DNA from: an uncultured virus (IMG/VR IMGVR_UViG_3300025141_016052) | Taxonomy: Duplodnaviria; Heunggongvirae; Uroviricota; Caudoviricetes | Reading direction: 5' to 3' (one strand) | Length of the DNA: 64,000 nt | IMG/VR virus record: IMGVR_UViG_3300025141_016052 | Shown: positions 35,938 to 46,500 of the stretch, piece by piece | Layout: every line of letters starts with the position of its first letter | How positions within the stretch are numbered: position 1 is the first letter of the stretch | Notes under the pieces: generated by a model | Databases searched by the model: none | Seen by the model: only the letters and a program-made list of their open reading frames with translations | What the model was told of the DNA's origin: nothing | Translations under genes and position numbers: made by a program

Positions 35938-37419
35938 ATGTCAAGAAGATATGACCCAACAAATCCAAGAGCACTGGGTGGAACAGATGCTGTTGCTAAA
36001 AAAATTAGAGTATTTCACTCTGTTGTTGTATCAGATTTTATTAGAAATCCCGCAACTGCTCCTCAAGAATTCCTAAGAGAATTATCAGGCGGTGGCTCTA
36101 GGAGAGCTGCAATAAATAGCGAGTTTGCTTCTAGAATGCCTAGAAATTCAATAACAGGCTACAGAGTCTCAGATGGCTCAGGTAAGCTGGACCAGCTTGA
36201 GATATTTTACCCTTTCTTTTCACCTCACCTTTGTCTTCCTGTCAAGCCTGGAGAGCAGGTTTGGGTTATATATGAGACAGTAAATGGATCTGAGACTCTA
36301 GGATATTGGATAACAAGAAAATGTGTTGATCATCAAGTTGATGATATCAATTACACACATGCTGACAGAATGACCATGTATCGACATGAAGGCTCAAGCG
36401 GAGCAGGTCAGGGAATTCCAGGGGCTGTGGGTGCAATAGCATCAATAGCATCTCAGATACCTGAAATAATGTCTCTCGGTGGTGAATATTTAAGTGCTGC
36501 AGAAAGCATGGGCATGCCAGGGTCCACAAAGCCCATGTTTCCAAATGGAAACCCATTCGATCCAAATGGAAGAACTCTTCCACAGGGAAAATACGAGGAA
36601 ATAGTTTTAAATTCTGTTGCTTTTGGAAGGGGCGGCTTTCTAAATCAATTCATAGGTGAGCCTGTTCCTAGAATAAGTAAAAATGTAGGAGACCTTGTGC
36701 TCCAAGGATCAAATAATGCAAGCATAGTCCTTGGTGCAGAACTCAAGCCTGATTCTGCCGTTACAAGCACAAGCTTTCCTAGATCAATGACTGAGTCAGG
36801 AAGAGGCTCGATTGACATATGTGTGGGAAGGGGCCAGACAAGCTACTCAGCTGCCGGATTTTATCCGACAGGAGTTGAAAATGAAAGGGGTTACTATGAG
36901 TCAGCAAAGCGCCCAAGTAGAGAAATTTCACCTGATGACTTTGCTTTTGCAAATGAGAATTCTGCAGAGGGAGGAGTTGATCAAGAAAACGATCTATCTA
37001 GAATTTATTTAGCGATGAAGACAGATGCAGATGAGCATTTTTCAATAGATATTGAGAACATTGATCAAAGCGAAGGCGGGAAGCCTGCAATAGTTCTTAA
37101 ATCAACACAGCTCAGGCTTGTAGCAAGAGAGGATCTTAAGATAGTAATCGGAGACGCTGAAACAGGATCTGCTGTTGTTTTAAAGTCTGATGGAAATATA
37201 GTCTTTGTTCCAGGCAAAGAGGGCGTAATTAAGCTAGGAGGTGATGATGCTGATAAGGCTATTCTCACAGCAGTCTCTACAACAACAGTAAATACGACTG
37301 GTCAAATATCTCTAGCTTCACCCGTCACTACAATTGCAGGTGGGATCTTAGGAAAGGACGAAGAATCTGCTACACTTCTTAATGAGAGCACATTTGCAAC
37401 AAAGGTCTTGGTAAAGTAA
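35938..37419 (+). CDS. Putative baseplate hub/spike protein (gp5/VgrG-like)
   Basis: OB-fold-like PVKPGEQVWVIYE...GYW, then GDLVLQGSNNASIVLG and beta-helix-like C-terminal repeats. It lies two genes upstream of gp25. Confidence 0.55.
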   Translation: MSRRYDPTNPRALGGTDAVAKKIRVFHSVVVSDFIRNPATAPQEFLRELSGGGSRRAAINSEFASRMPRNSITGYRVSDGSGKLDQLEIFYPFFSPHLCLPVKPGEQVWVIYETVNGSETLGYWITRKCVDHQVDDINYTHADRMTMYRHEGSSGAGQGIPGAVGAIASIASQIPEIMSLGGEYLSAAESMGMPGSTKPMFPNGNPFDPNGRTLPQGKYEEIVLNSVAFGRGGFLNQFIGEPVPRISKNVGDLVLQGSNNASIVLGAELKPDSAVTSTSFPRSMTESGRGSIDICVGRGQTSYSAAGFYPTGVENERGYYESAKRPSREISPDDFAFANENSAEGGVDQENDLSRIYLAMKTDADEHFSIDIENIDQSEGGKPAIVLKSTQLRLVAREDLKIVIGDAETGSAVVLKSDGNIVFVPGKEGVIKLGGDDADKAILTAVSTTTVNTTGQISLASPVTTIAGGILGKDEESATLLNESTFATKVLVK

Positions 37420-38720
37420 TGGCCAACTCTCTTGAGCCAGAAGTTCTGATGGAAGACAGTTCAGGAAATCTTTCACTTCCTGAAACTGAATTGGAAAGCT
37501 TTAGACTTGATGCAATTAATATATTAAGAACAGGTACAATTACTCCCGGATACATTCCTACAACAATTTTAAATCAAGTTGATGTAGGTGCGGCAGTTTT
37601 ACCATTTGGCCCACAGCCATCTTCGGCTTCACAGCTTGACAGGATGATGGACGCCGATCCGCAGGCACTCTCAGCCTTCGATAACGGGCTTTCGAATGCC
37701 CTTAACTCAGCTGCACAATTCTTAAATGTCTCTATTGACTCTCCAATTGCAAAGACTATGGTGCCCCCATTTATTGATCCCACTATTGTCGTTTCAAAGG
37801 TCAGGACAGCTGTGAAAGAAGTTGTTACTCAGGTGAGTGATGCTGTAGAGTCTTTGCTCGAGCCTGTACTGGATGCACGTGACGAGGATGGCAATCGCTT
37901 AGTTGGTGATGAAACATATCAGGAGCTAGTTGACTCTGTCAGTTTTGAAGTTAGAGATCTTACACTTGAAGAAGTTCTACTGGCTTTACCAGAAGCTACA
38001 CTTAGACTTGCAACACTCCTGGTAGCACCCATTGCGGAAAATATTAATGCTCTTTTAGAGGTATTTGGGATTCCTGGATTGGGTGATATTATAGACGGAA
38101 TCAGACAGATAGTTCAAACCATTCAAGATATAATAATCCCACTCCTGATGAGTTGGGATGGCGAATTAAGACAGCTTCTTCGAGAAAAGCTTGAAGAGCT
38201 TATAACAAGGATCACTGATACGATTAAGACAGAATTGCAAGATGCTGTAATTGCTGCAATTGAGGCAATACTTGGAATCCCAATATCAGAACTCCCTCAA
38301 CTTCCTTCATTTATAATTGGCTTACCTGATTTTTCAATTAATTTTTTTCCAAATCTTGAATTACCGATATCGCTAGGTGATTTTTTAAATTTTCCTCAAA
38401 ATATATTAACTGAGATACTTGCACTATTTGATGCAATTAAAGAGTTTTTTACTGTAACACTATGGACACCAGAATTTTTAGCAAATCTTCTTGCAGCGCT
38501 AGCGCGAGGCCTAATCGGCCTCTTAGAATTTGTAGTTGATATTGTAATTACTATTATTAAAGCTGCATTTTCTATTACAGCAAATGCACTATTTAAAGCA
38601 GCATGTCTTGTAGCACTTGTTGTAAGGCTGGTTAAGTATATGTGTATATCGATAGTTGGATATGTAATAGGTGATGGAATGATTTTTTCATCAATTAAAG
38701 CTTCTATTCTTGCAGGATAG
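37419..38720 (+). CDS. Hypothetical Leu/Ile-rich acidic helical protein with a hydrophobic C-terminus
   Basis: 433 aa ORF with long hydrophobic segments (FLANLLAALARGLIGLLEFVVDIVITII, AACLVALVVRLV). Confidence 0.65.
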   Translation: MANSLEPEVLMEDSSGNLSLPETELESFRLDAINILRTGTITPGYIPTTILNQVDVGAAVLPFGPQPSSASQLDRMMDADPQALSAFDNGLSNALNSAAQFLNVSIDSPIAKTMVPPFIDPTIVVSKVRTAVKEVVTQVSDAVESLLEPVLDARDEDGNRLVGDETYQELVDSVSFEVRDLTLEEVLLALPEATLRLATLLVAPIAENINALLEVFGIPGLGDIIDGIRQIVQTIQDIIIPLLMSWDGELRQLLREKLEELITRITDTIKTELQDAVIAAIEAILGIPISELPQLPSFIIGLPDFSINFFPNLELPISLGDFLNFPQNILTEILALFDAIKEFFTVTLWTPEFLANLLAALARGLIGLLEFVVDIVITIIKAAFSITANALFKAACLVALVVRLVKYMCISIVGYVIGDGMIFSSIKASILAG

Positions 38721-38829
38721 TTTTTAAAAAAAAGATTGTGAATGAAAGCTATATAAAATATTTCTTACATATATTCTTTTATTTATTCTCTATCAGTATA
38801 AATTTGCAATCATGATTACTTATCCTCTG

Positions 38830-38838
38830 GTATATTTA
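38830..38838 (+). promoter_or_regulatory. Candidate late promoter motif GTATATTTA
   Basis: The same 9-mer occurs at 63042-63050. Both lie 16-19 nt upstream of structural-gene starts in AT-rich gaps. Confidence 0.4.
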
Positions 38839-38857
38839 GTCTTAAGGATGAAATAAA

Positions 38858-39331
38858 TTGGGCACTAGAAGCTTTAAAAGCGTTGGCGATACTCTCTCTG
38901 ACAAGAAGTATAATAGAGAACTTGACACACCTCCTGTCGGAATAAAGACACCTTTGAGAAGAGGCTATGGAAGATCTGGAATATTTGATATGCATTTCAA
39001 CATCAGAGATCAAATTTCAGATAATTTAAAAAATTTACTATTGACAAATCACGGTGAAAGGTTGGGTCTTTATGATTTTGGTGCAAACCTTAGACCTCTC
39101 ACGACCGAGCTGCACTCACAAGAAGACTTCGATGGTGAGGCAATGTCAAGAATCAGAGATGCAGTTTCAAAATATATGCCATTTATAAATCTAGATTCTT
39201 TTGAATCATCTTTTAAGCAACCTCCAGATAGTGAATCTGTAGCACAGATAACCATAAGAATATTATATAGCGTCCCTCAGCTTCAGGTAGACAATGCCGG
39301 AATAGAGGTTATTTTATATTGTATAGGATAG
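38858..39331 (+). CDS. Baseplate wedge subunit, T4 gp25-like
   Basis: GIKTPL, QISDNLKNLLLTNHGER...DFGANL and IRDAVSKYMPFI, the classic GPW/gp25 pattern. Confidence 0.9.
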   Translation: MGTRSFKSVGDTLSDKKYNRELDTPPVGIKTPLRRGYGRSGIFDMHFNIRDQISDNLKNLLLTNHGERLGLYDFGANLRPLTTELHSQEDFDGEAMSRIRDAVSKYMPFINLDSFESSFKQPPDSESVAQITIRILYSVPQLQVDNAGIEVILYCIG

Positions 39332-39335
39332 AAAA

Positions 39336-41165
39336 GTGACAATTAATTCAAAATTAAAAAAGGATCAACTTAGATCTTATCTCAATAAGGATTTTGATAG
39401 CTTTAGAGCTGACTTATTGTTATACGCAAAGACATTCTTTCCAGATCAAATTCAAGATTTCTCTGAAGCAAGTCTAGGCGGGCTTCTTCTTGATATGACT
39501 GCATACGTTGGAGATGTTATGTCATATTATCTAGATCATCAATTTAATGAGCTAAACATAGAGACAGCAACTGAATCAGGAAATATAGAAAAAATACTTA
39601 AGTCATCGGGCGTCCCAGTAATGGGTGTATCACCTGCTTCTGCAAATGTTGACTTTTATGTTAGAGTAGATGCAGACACAACCGACACAACGCTTCCAGT
39701 TCACAACTATCTTCCCAAGATAGATGAGGGAACAACCCTAATAGCTTCAAACGGTGTAACTTTTACACTTACAGAGACACTAGACTTTTCTAAAAAAGAT
39801 GATGATGGAAATTACATGTTTCAGCAAATTACTCCATCGTCATCAACGTTTGCAAATACATTTATTCTAAAAATGACAGGGCAGTGTGTGTCTGGAAAGA
39901 CAAGGACAGAAAATATACCAATACCAAATCAGTTTGTTCCATTTAGAAGGGTGACTATTTCAAATCCAGGCGTGACAGAAATTATATCAGTTAGAGATAG
40001 TGAGGGAAATGAATATTATGAAGTAGGATCACTTGTTCAAAATACTGTGTACAAAAGAGTTTCAAATGTATCTTTAGACTATGATGAAGTTCCAGAAAAT
40101 TTAGAAGTAATTCCTGCACCGTTTAGATTTGTTGTAGAAAATAGTATTGTAAATAATACTACTAAGCTCTTATTTGGGTCTGGACAGGCTGATTCACTAG
40201 ATGATGATATAATTCCTGACCCAAGTGAGCTTTCATTACCGCTGTACGGAAAGAAGACACTATCTAGATTTTCTATAGATCCAAATAATTTAATTAAAAC
40301 AAAGAGCCTTGGTATATCTCCAATAAATACTACAATTTCTATTAAGTACAGATATGGTGGCGGACTGTCTCACAATGCACCTCCGGGATCAATAAACGGA
40401 ATATCTACACTTTTAACAACTTTCAATTCTGCTGTGCCAAAGTCAAAAATTTCTTCTATACGTGCATCAATAGATGTTATAAATCCAGAGTCAGCAAGAG
40501 GTGGAGAAAATGCACCATCACTAGAAGATCTGAAGCGACTCGTTGTCTCTGCTAGAAACTCTCAGTCAAGAATAGTAACAAAGGATGATTTGCTTTCTCA
40601 TATCTACATGATGCCTTCAAGATTTGGAAGGGTCTTTAGGGCAGGTGTAAGATCCAATCCTGAAAATCCGCTTTCAACAAGACTGTATATCGTAAGTAGA
40701 ACTAGAAAAGGCCTACTTTCAACATCTCCTGATTCACTAAAAGATAACCTGGCTTTATTTTTAAATCAGAATAGACTGATATCTGATGCAATTGATATTT
40801 TAGATTCACCAATTGTAAATATAGGCGTGAAATATTCAATAGTTACAGATGCCACCTCTAATAAGAGCACAGTCGTCCAGATAATAAATTCAAAAATTAA
40901 GACTTACTTTAATGTCCTTAATTTTCAAATAGATCAGCCGATATTCTTAACAGAAATTCAAAATATTATCATTAATACAGATGGTGTAATTTCACTTTCT
41001 GAACTAGAGTTAATAAATTTATCAGGCACGTCTAGTGGAAGAGTCTACAGTGATGTTATTTATAGCATAGGATCAGCAACACTTAAGGGAATTGTATCTC
41101 CACCTCATGGGGGTATTTTTGAATTAAAATTTCCTAACGATGACATAATTGGTGTGGGAGAGTGA
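39336..41165 (+). CDS. Baseplate wedge subunit, T4 gp6/baseplate J-like
   Basis: YLNKDFDSFR...DFSEASLGGLLLDMTAYVGDVMSYYLD, FG.G, Y..GGG..N and GG...E...QSRIVTKDD. Confidence 0.88.
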   Translation: MTINSKLKKDQLRSYLNKDFDSFRADLLLYAKTFFPDQIQDFSEASLGGLLLDMTAYVGDVMSYYLDHQFNELNIETATESGNIEKILKSSGVPVMGVSPASANVDFYVRVDADTTDTTLPVHNYLPKIDEGTTLIASNGVTFTLTETLDFSKKDDDGNYMFQQITPSSSTFANTFILKMTGQCVSGKTRTENIPIPNQFVPFRRVTISNPGVTEIISVRDSEGNEYYEVGSLVQNTVYKRVSNVSLDYDEVPENLEVIPAPFRFVVENSIVNNTTKLLFGSGQADSLDDDIIPDPSELSLPLYGKKTLSRFSIDPNNLIKTKSLGISPINTTISIKYRYGGGLSHNAPPGSINGISTLLTTFNSAVPKSKISSIRASIDVINPESARGGENAPSLEDLKRLVVSARNSQSRIVTKDDLLSHIYMMPSRFGRVFRAGVRSNPENPLSTRLYIVSRTRKGLLSTSPDSLKDNLALFLNQNRLISDAIDILDSPIVNIGVKYSIVTDATSNKSTVVQIINSKIKTYFNVLNFQIDQPIFLTEIQNIIINTDGVISLSELELINLSGTSSGRVYSDVIYSIGSATLKGIVSPPHGGIFELKFPNDDIIGVGE

Positions 41166-41170
41166 TATAG

Positions 41171-42709
41171 ATGTATCGAATATTAACTGCAAGCAAAGAC
41201 ACTTATATTACAAATAAGATTATCAATAGTGACATAAGAGCAACAGATGCAAATGTTGGAAAGGCAGGAACATTAGACTTATTTAAGCTGTACGCTGAGA
41301 CAACTTCAGGATCAGATACATCTCCCACAGAGCTATCTAGAATTCTTATAAAATTTGACCTTGATCCACTTAGATCAATTACAGGATCCTTTCTAGATCC
41401 AAGTCACTCATCATTTAAATGCTTCTTAAATCTAACAGATGTCTATGGCGGACAAACCACACCCTCAAACTTTAGAGTATTAGTGGCACCGCTTTCTAAA
41501 TCATTTGACGAAGGTGTGGGAAGAGATATAGTTTCCTTTTCTGATCTTGATTCATGTAACTTTATTACAGCATCTGTTTCAGGTGAAACTCCCACACTTT
41601 GGACATTTACTGGATCAAATAAGCAAGGTCTATTAGGCAGTGCTGACCTTGACATAGTAACAAGTGGAAATTTAAACGATGGAAATGGAGTAGCATTTCT
41701 TTGGAAGGATCAGCTATTTGAATCAGGAGGAGAAGATCTAAATGTTGATGTAACTACAATCGTCTCTGGGGCACTTGCAGGGTTAATCCCAGATCACGGC
41801 TTCAGAGTGTCTTTTTCAGGAACAATGGAGACCGATACAAAAACTAGATTTGTTAAAAGATTTGGATCAAGGCATGCAGTAAACATTGAAAATAGGCCAA
41901 AAATAGTAGTTCACTATAATGATAGGCAGGAAGATCATCATAAGAATTTCTTTTTTAACCTTACAGGATCTATATTTTTAAATAACTTTCATAGAAATAA
42001 ACCATCTTATATTTTAGACGGAAGAACTGGAAATGAGATAAAGGGTGACAACTGTGTAGTCCTAAGAATAGAGTCGGGATCACAAGATAGGGGAACATTC
42101 TTTACACATTCTGTTACAGCATCTCAGCACAAAATTGGAAAATCACATATTACAGGTGTATACTCTGCAACATTTGCAATCGGAGAATTTCACACAGGAA
42201 CTTTAAGAAGTGAGATTGTTAACGCAGCATCTGCAACATTTTCAACTTACTGGGGATCAACAGACTATAAGGTTGGCTTTCACACAGGTTCACTTGTTAT
42301 AAATACAGTAAAGCGAACAAGCTTTGATAACGTCCCTGATAAACTATTTTTAAATGTTACAAATCTAAAATCAAGTTATAGATCATTCGAAAAAGTCAGA
42401 CTTAGAGTGTTTGTTGAAAATCTTGGAAAGGAAGTGGTATTTAAGAAAAAGCCTCTAGAGTCGACAAGCGAAGTATATACACAAATGTACTATAGTGTTA
42501 GAGATAGCTTAAATGGAAAAGTTATAATTCCATTTGATACAGCGTACAACGGAACACTTTTATCAACAGATTCTGATGGTATGTTTTTTGACTTTTATAT
42601 GGACTCCTTATACCCTGGAAGAGTTTACTCTTTTGATTTTCTAATAAAAGATTTTGGAGCTGACAGAGTTTTCTCAAGTGTGGGTAGTAACTTCCGTGTG
42701 GATGAGTAA
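41171..42709 (+). CDS. Putative baseplate/virion structural protein
   Basis: KDTYI, SRILIKFD, FDEGVGR and LSTDSDGMFFDFYM; directly follows the gp6-like gene. Confidence 0.55.
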   Translation: MYRILTASKDTYITNKIINSDIRATDANVGKAGTLDLFKLYAETTSGSDTSPTELSRILIKFDLDPLRSITGSFLDPSHSSFKCFLNLTDVYGGQTTPSNFRVLVAPLSKSFDEGVGRDIVSFSDLDSCNFITASVSGETPTLWTFTGSNKQGLLGSADLDIVTSGNLNDGNGVAFLWKDQLFESGGEDLNVDVTTIVSGALAGLIPDHGFRVSFSGTMETDTKTRFVKRFGSRHAVNIENRPKIVVHYNDRQEDHHKNFFFNLTGSIFLNNFHRNKPSYILDGRTGNEIKGDNCVVLRIESGSQDRGTFFTHSVTASQHKIGKSHITGVYSATFAIGEFHTGTLRSEIVNAASATFSTYWGSTDYKVGFHTGSLVINTVKRTSFDNVPDKLFLNVTNLKSSYRSFEKVRLRVFVENLGKEVVFKKKPLESTSEVYTQMYYSVRDSLNGKVIIPFDTAYNGTLLSTDSDGMFFDFYMDSLYPGRVYSFDFLIKDFGADRVFSSVGSNFRVDE

Positions 42710-45700
42710 TGTCAAAAGATAGAGTAATTAGTCAAAATAAGCCTAGACTGTTTAAGCCCTCTACAATTAGGGGAATACAATATCACGGTGGCGGAGCTAC
42801 AAAGGAGATGTCTTTAAGCGAAGTCGTTGGCACAAATCTAGGAAGCACTTCATCTTTTAAGTATGATTCTCCGGGATCTGGATTAAAATCAACACAACAG
42901 TTGAATGTTGATTGGGAATATTTTGAGAATCACACGTTTTTTAACTCTGCAGTTTCAAAAGTAAATGTAGCATTTGATAGAATTATTAATGAATTTCCCT
43001 TTGATGGATCTGGCCAAGAGGTAGAGCAATATTTAGACTCCCTAACAGGATATGAGAAATATATCTTAGATCAGTTCCCCAAAAGCGTGGGCTATCTAAA
43101 CTTTTCAGGATCTGGTGATTCAGTCGATCCTGACAATGGACTATACATAAAAGTAAAAGATTCTGCCGGAAGCTTATTTCCAGAATTTTCTACTTTAAAT
43201 ACTGGTGAACCTGTCCTTGATCCGACAACAGGATCTTTTTCAATAGAGCTTCAGCTATTAAGTGCTGACATTGCAAATCAGGAGCAGATTATATGTCAGA
43301 GAATATCTGATAGAAACCACGGTTTTGCACTAATGCTATCAGGAACAACTTCAACATCAGATGTTCCTATTATGTTTTCCGTAGTATCCGGTACTACTTC
43401 TATGATAGCTTCAGGTACAATTGCAAAGGGTTCATTTGAGCACATTTGTGCTGTTTGCGATAGAACAGAGGGGGTAGGAAAGCTTAGGCTATATGTCAAC
43501 GAATCACTTGTTGGTGAATCAGATGGAGAAACTGAAACAGGCAAGCTTGGATTTACATCTGACAGCTTTTTCACAATAGGATCAGGTTCAATTATACATC
43601 TGAGCGGAACAAATTCAGAAAGTGAATCTTCAGAAAGGACATTTACACCTTTACAGACGCTATCAGGATCGATTGATGAGTTTAGATTTTTTCATAGTGC
43701 AAGATCTATAGAAGATCAAAAAGAATATGCAAAGAAATCTATTTTTTCAACTCACGATCTAAAGCTTTATTTTAAATTTAATGAACCAAGTGGTTCAACG
43801 GGTATCAATGACGTTGTCTTAGATGGCTCTGGTAAGTCACTTCACACAAGAATATCCAACTACCATGGTGCAGCTGCCGACATAGCTCTAAGGGGCACAT
43901 CCTCATTCTACGGATCTGTTATCAAGCCTCCCATGACTGAAGAAGTGTTGGATTTGTCACCCGTTCTTTTTCCAAAGTTTGACAAAGTCACAGATCTAAA
44001 TGCAAGGCTTCTAACATCAGCAAGCATGTATGATAGTGACAATCCAAACTTAATAACAAAGCTGATACCAAGCCACTATCTAGAAGAAGGTCAAGAGTTT
44101 TATGGCTTTTCAACAATAGATGGAACAATATCAGAAAACTATTCAGGTTCATCAATTCCAGGAACTGGAGATCTTGGATCTTCACAGCTCTTATCTGCGC
44201 TTTTATTTGTATATGCAAAGCAATTTGACGAAATTAAGATGTTTATTGATGAATTTTCAAGCATAACACGAGTTGATTACGACGCATCAGATTCTGTATC
44301 TGATGGATTTCTTCATTTTGCAGCAAAACATCTTGGAATAGAACTTCCAAATATATTTTCAAATGCTGATATCTTTCAGTATGTAGATGGAAACAATCTT
44401 AGAATAGATTCGTCGATCTCTGTAGAGTCTCTTTCATATGTGCAAAATCAAATTTGGAGAAGAATTTTAACAAATATGAAAGATATCACAATGTCAAGAG
44501 GGACAATTCACAGTGTAAAGGGACTGATTAGGTCAATGGGAATTGAGCCTGACAACATTCTAAGGATAAGAGAGTTTGGAGGACCTACAAGAAAGTCTCT
44601 AAGACACCTCAGAGTTAAAAAATCAGAAGTCTCAACACTTATCAACTTTTCAGGATCACTAGCAACAGTTGATATTCCTGAGTACACACTAAACTACCAG
44701 GGATTTTCCACAGGATCAGCTCAGAAGCCTAGAATAATGTCACCATATTTAAGCTCCAGTAGGTTCGAGGTAGGATATCCAAAAGTTCAAGGAAGCATGA
44801 TCTTTAAGCATCCTGAACATTCATCAAGGCCATCTGTGACATCGTCGATGTCACTCTTTAACCATAACGTCCACGGAATCTCAAACAATAAAGATGATGG
44901 CTTATTTACATCCGGCTCATGGACATATGAAGCAATTTATCAAATTCCCAAGAATATATTAACAGGATCTCACTTTCCAACACAGAGCCTTGCACGAATT
45001 CATGTAACAGGTTCTACTTACCCAGTAGTTCTTGCTAAAGAGCCAGATAGGCATGGTGTTGTATTCAATCTAGTAACAACTTCAGGCTCTAATGCAGTAA
45101 CGCTGTTTGGTCGACCATCGTGGTCCACAGCCGCCCCCGTCATTAGGCTTCATCTTACAGGTGCTAATATTTTTGACGGAAATATGTGGAACATAGCATT
45201 TGGAAGATATAGAAGTGATGATATCGCAACGGGAAGTGTGGGGTCTATTAGTTCATCTTACTTTCTCAGGTGTGCAAGAAACTCTATCGGAGAGATCAAA
45301 GAGTACTTTTCGACATCTAGTAATCATCTTCCATTTACGGCGACGAACTCACTTCAGAAAATAGATGCCGCATTAAACGCATCTGGTGCATTTGCAATAA
45401 TAGGATCACAAAGCTTATATACAGGCGGGGATAGATACCTAAACTCTGTTTCAAGCCTTCCAGCTGATGAGTGGAAGTCTGCAAGGACCACTCACTTTTC
45501 TGGAAAAGTTGGCCACATTAGGTTCTGGTCAAAGGGAGTAAGTGAGACAGAGTTTAAAGAGCACACAAGAAACTTTAAATCACTTGGGTCTGATGACCCA
45601 ATTAAGAACTTTAACTTTGATAATGTTCCCACAGGTGCCTGGGGAAGACTAAGGCTTGATGCAACGACAGATCAGTCTGTTACTGATTCAAGCGGTCTAG

Positions 45701-46485
45701 GCACAGTAGACATCATAGACTTCTCACAAAGTGAAGTCTATGGAAAGACAACTAGACCTTGGAATATATTCTCACCAGAGGCAGCCAGCTTCTCTGGTGC
45801 AGGCACTAGGGGCGATGAGTCTAGATATTTCAATATGTCTGGATCTGGATTTGAAGAAAGCAAGCGGGTCATAGTTCCTGAGAATTTCTATTATAGCTAT
45901 TTATCACCTAGATTTGATATGTTTGAGACTGATGAAAAGGTCCGTGTTAGAAGCTACCTAGACAAATCACGTGTTGATCAGAGTGAATATGCATACCATG
46001 CCCCCATGTATGATATTCCAAGTGCAGACCTTCCAAATGACGATGTGAGATTTGCAGTCGACTTCTCACTCGTTCAGGCACTAAATGAGGACATTATGAC
46101 AATGTTTTCATCTCTTGATTTCTTTGATAATGCACTTGGTAATCCAAACCTGATGTTTGGTGAAACGTATCCCGATCTTGATCAATTGAGAAAGGTTTAT
46201 TTTAACAGGCTTATAGATAAGATTAACTTTAAGCAATTTTTTGAATTTTTTAAATGGTTTGATTCAATACTGGGTGTCATGATTGAGCAATTAATTCCTA
46301 AGAAGACAAATTTTAATGGTGTAAATTTTGTAATTGAGTCACACACACTGGAGCGGCATAGAATGAGGTACCTATCAGATCAGATATATCTTAAGCTTTC
46401 TGAAAGGGAAAAAGATTTTTCAGATCTGCCCAAGGACTTCGGCACGTCTTCCAGCACCGACCTCGGCTTCGGTACAGATGTTTAG
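42709..46485 (+). CDS. Large baseplate structural protein with LamG/concanavalin-like domains (gp7-like position)
   Basis: LamG-like HICAV...LYVN...TIG...SGSIDEFRFF...LYFKFNE, baseplate-like QIWRRILTN...GT..SVK..IR..GI...IREFGG, and GVNFVIESH.LER. Confidence 0.65.
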   Translation: MSKDRVISQNKPRLFKPSTIRGIQYHGGGATKEMSLSEVVGTNLGSTSSFKYDSPGSGLKSTQQLNVDWEYFENHTFFNSAVSKVNVAFDRIINEFPFDGSGQEVEQYLDSLTGYEKYILDQFPKSVGYLNFSGSGDSVDPDNGLYIKVKDSAGSLFPEFSTLNTGEPVLDPTTGSFSIELQLLSADIANQEQIICQRISDRNHGFALMLSGTTSTSDVPIMFSVVSGTTSMIASGTIAKGSFEHICAVCDRTEGVGKLRLYVNESLVGESDGETETGKLGFTSDSFFTIGSGSIIHLSGTNSESESSERTFTPLQTLSGSIDEFRFFHSARSIEDQKEYAKKSIFSTHDLKLYFKFNEPSGSTGINDVVLDGSGKSLHTRISNYHGAAADIALRGTSSFYGSVIKPPMTEEVLDLSPVLFPKFDKVTDLNARLLTSASMYDSDNPNLITKLIPSHYLEEGQEFYGFSTIDGTISENYSGSSIPGTGDLGSSQLLSALLFVYAKQFDEIKMFIDEFSSITRVDYDASDSVSDGFLHFAAKHLGIELPNIFSNADIFQYVDGNNLRIDSSISVESLSYVQNQIWRRILTNMKDITMSRGTIHSVKGLIRSMGIEPDNILRIREFGGPTRKSLRHLRVKKSEVSTLINFSGSLATVDIPEYTLNYQGFSTGSAQKPRIMSPYLSSSRFEVGYPKVQGSMIFKHPEHSSRPSVTSSMSLFNHNVHGISNNKDDGLFTSGSWTYEAIYQIPKNILTGSHFPTQSLARIHVTGSTYPVVLAKEPDRHGVVFNLVTTSGSNAVTLFGRPSWSTAAPVIRLHLTGANIFDGNMWNIAFGRYRSDDIATGSVGSISSSYFLRCARNSIGEIKEYFSTSSNHLPFTATNSLQKIDAALNASGAFAIIGSQSLYTGGDRYLNSVSSLPADEWKSARTTHFSGKVGHIRFWSKGVSETEFKEHTRNFKSLGSDDPIKNFNFDNVPTGAWGRLRLDATTDQSVTDSSGLGTVDIIDFSQSEVYGKTTRPWNIFSPEAASFSGAGTRGDESRYFNMSGSGFEESKRVIVPENFYYSYLSPRFDMFETDEKVRVRSYLDKSRVDQSEYAYHAPMYDIPSADLPNDDVRFAVDFSLVQALNEDIMTMFSSLDFFDNALGNPNLMFGETYPDLDQLRKVYFNRLIDKINFKQFFEFFKWFDSILGVMIEQLIPKKTNFNGVNFVIESHTLERHRMRYLSDQIYLKLSEREKDFSDLPKDFGTSSSTDLGFGTDV

Positions 46486-46500
46486 CAAAGTGATATTATA

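Noticed and set aside
38721..38857. Structured ncRNA or intrinsic terminator in the largest structural-module gap
   Set aside because: Only A/T tracts with no GC-rich stem; better explained as a promoter region.
35938..41165. Bacterial T6SS, tailocin or eCIS locus rather than a phage
   Set aside because: No TssJLM/ClpV or Afp15-type ATPase is visible, and the gp55-like sigma factor, solo Cas4-like nuclease and T4-type gp6 favour a large phage. Capsid, terminase and sheath genes are not in the window, so this is not formally excluded.
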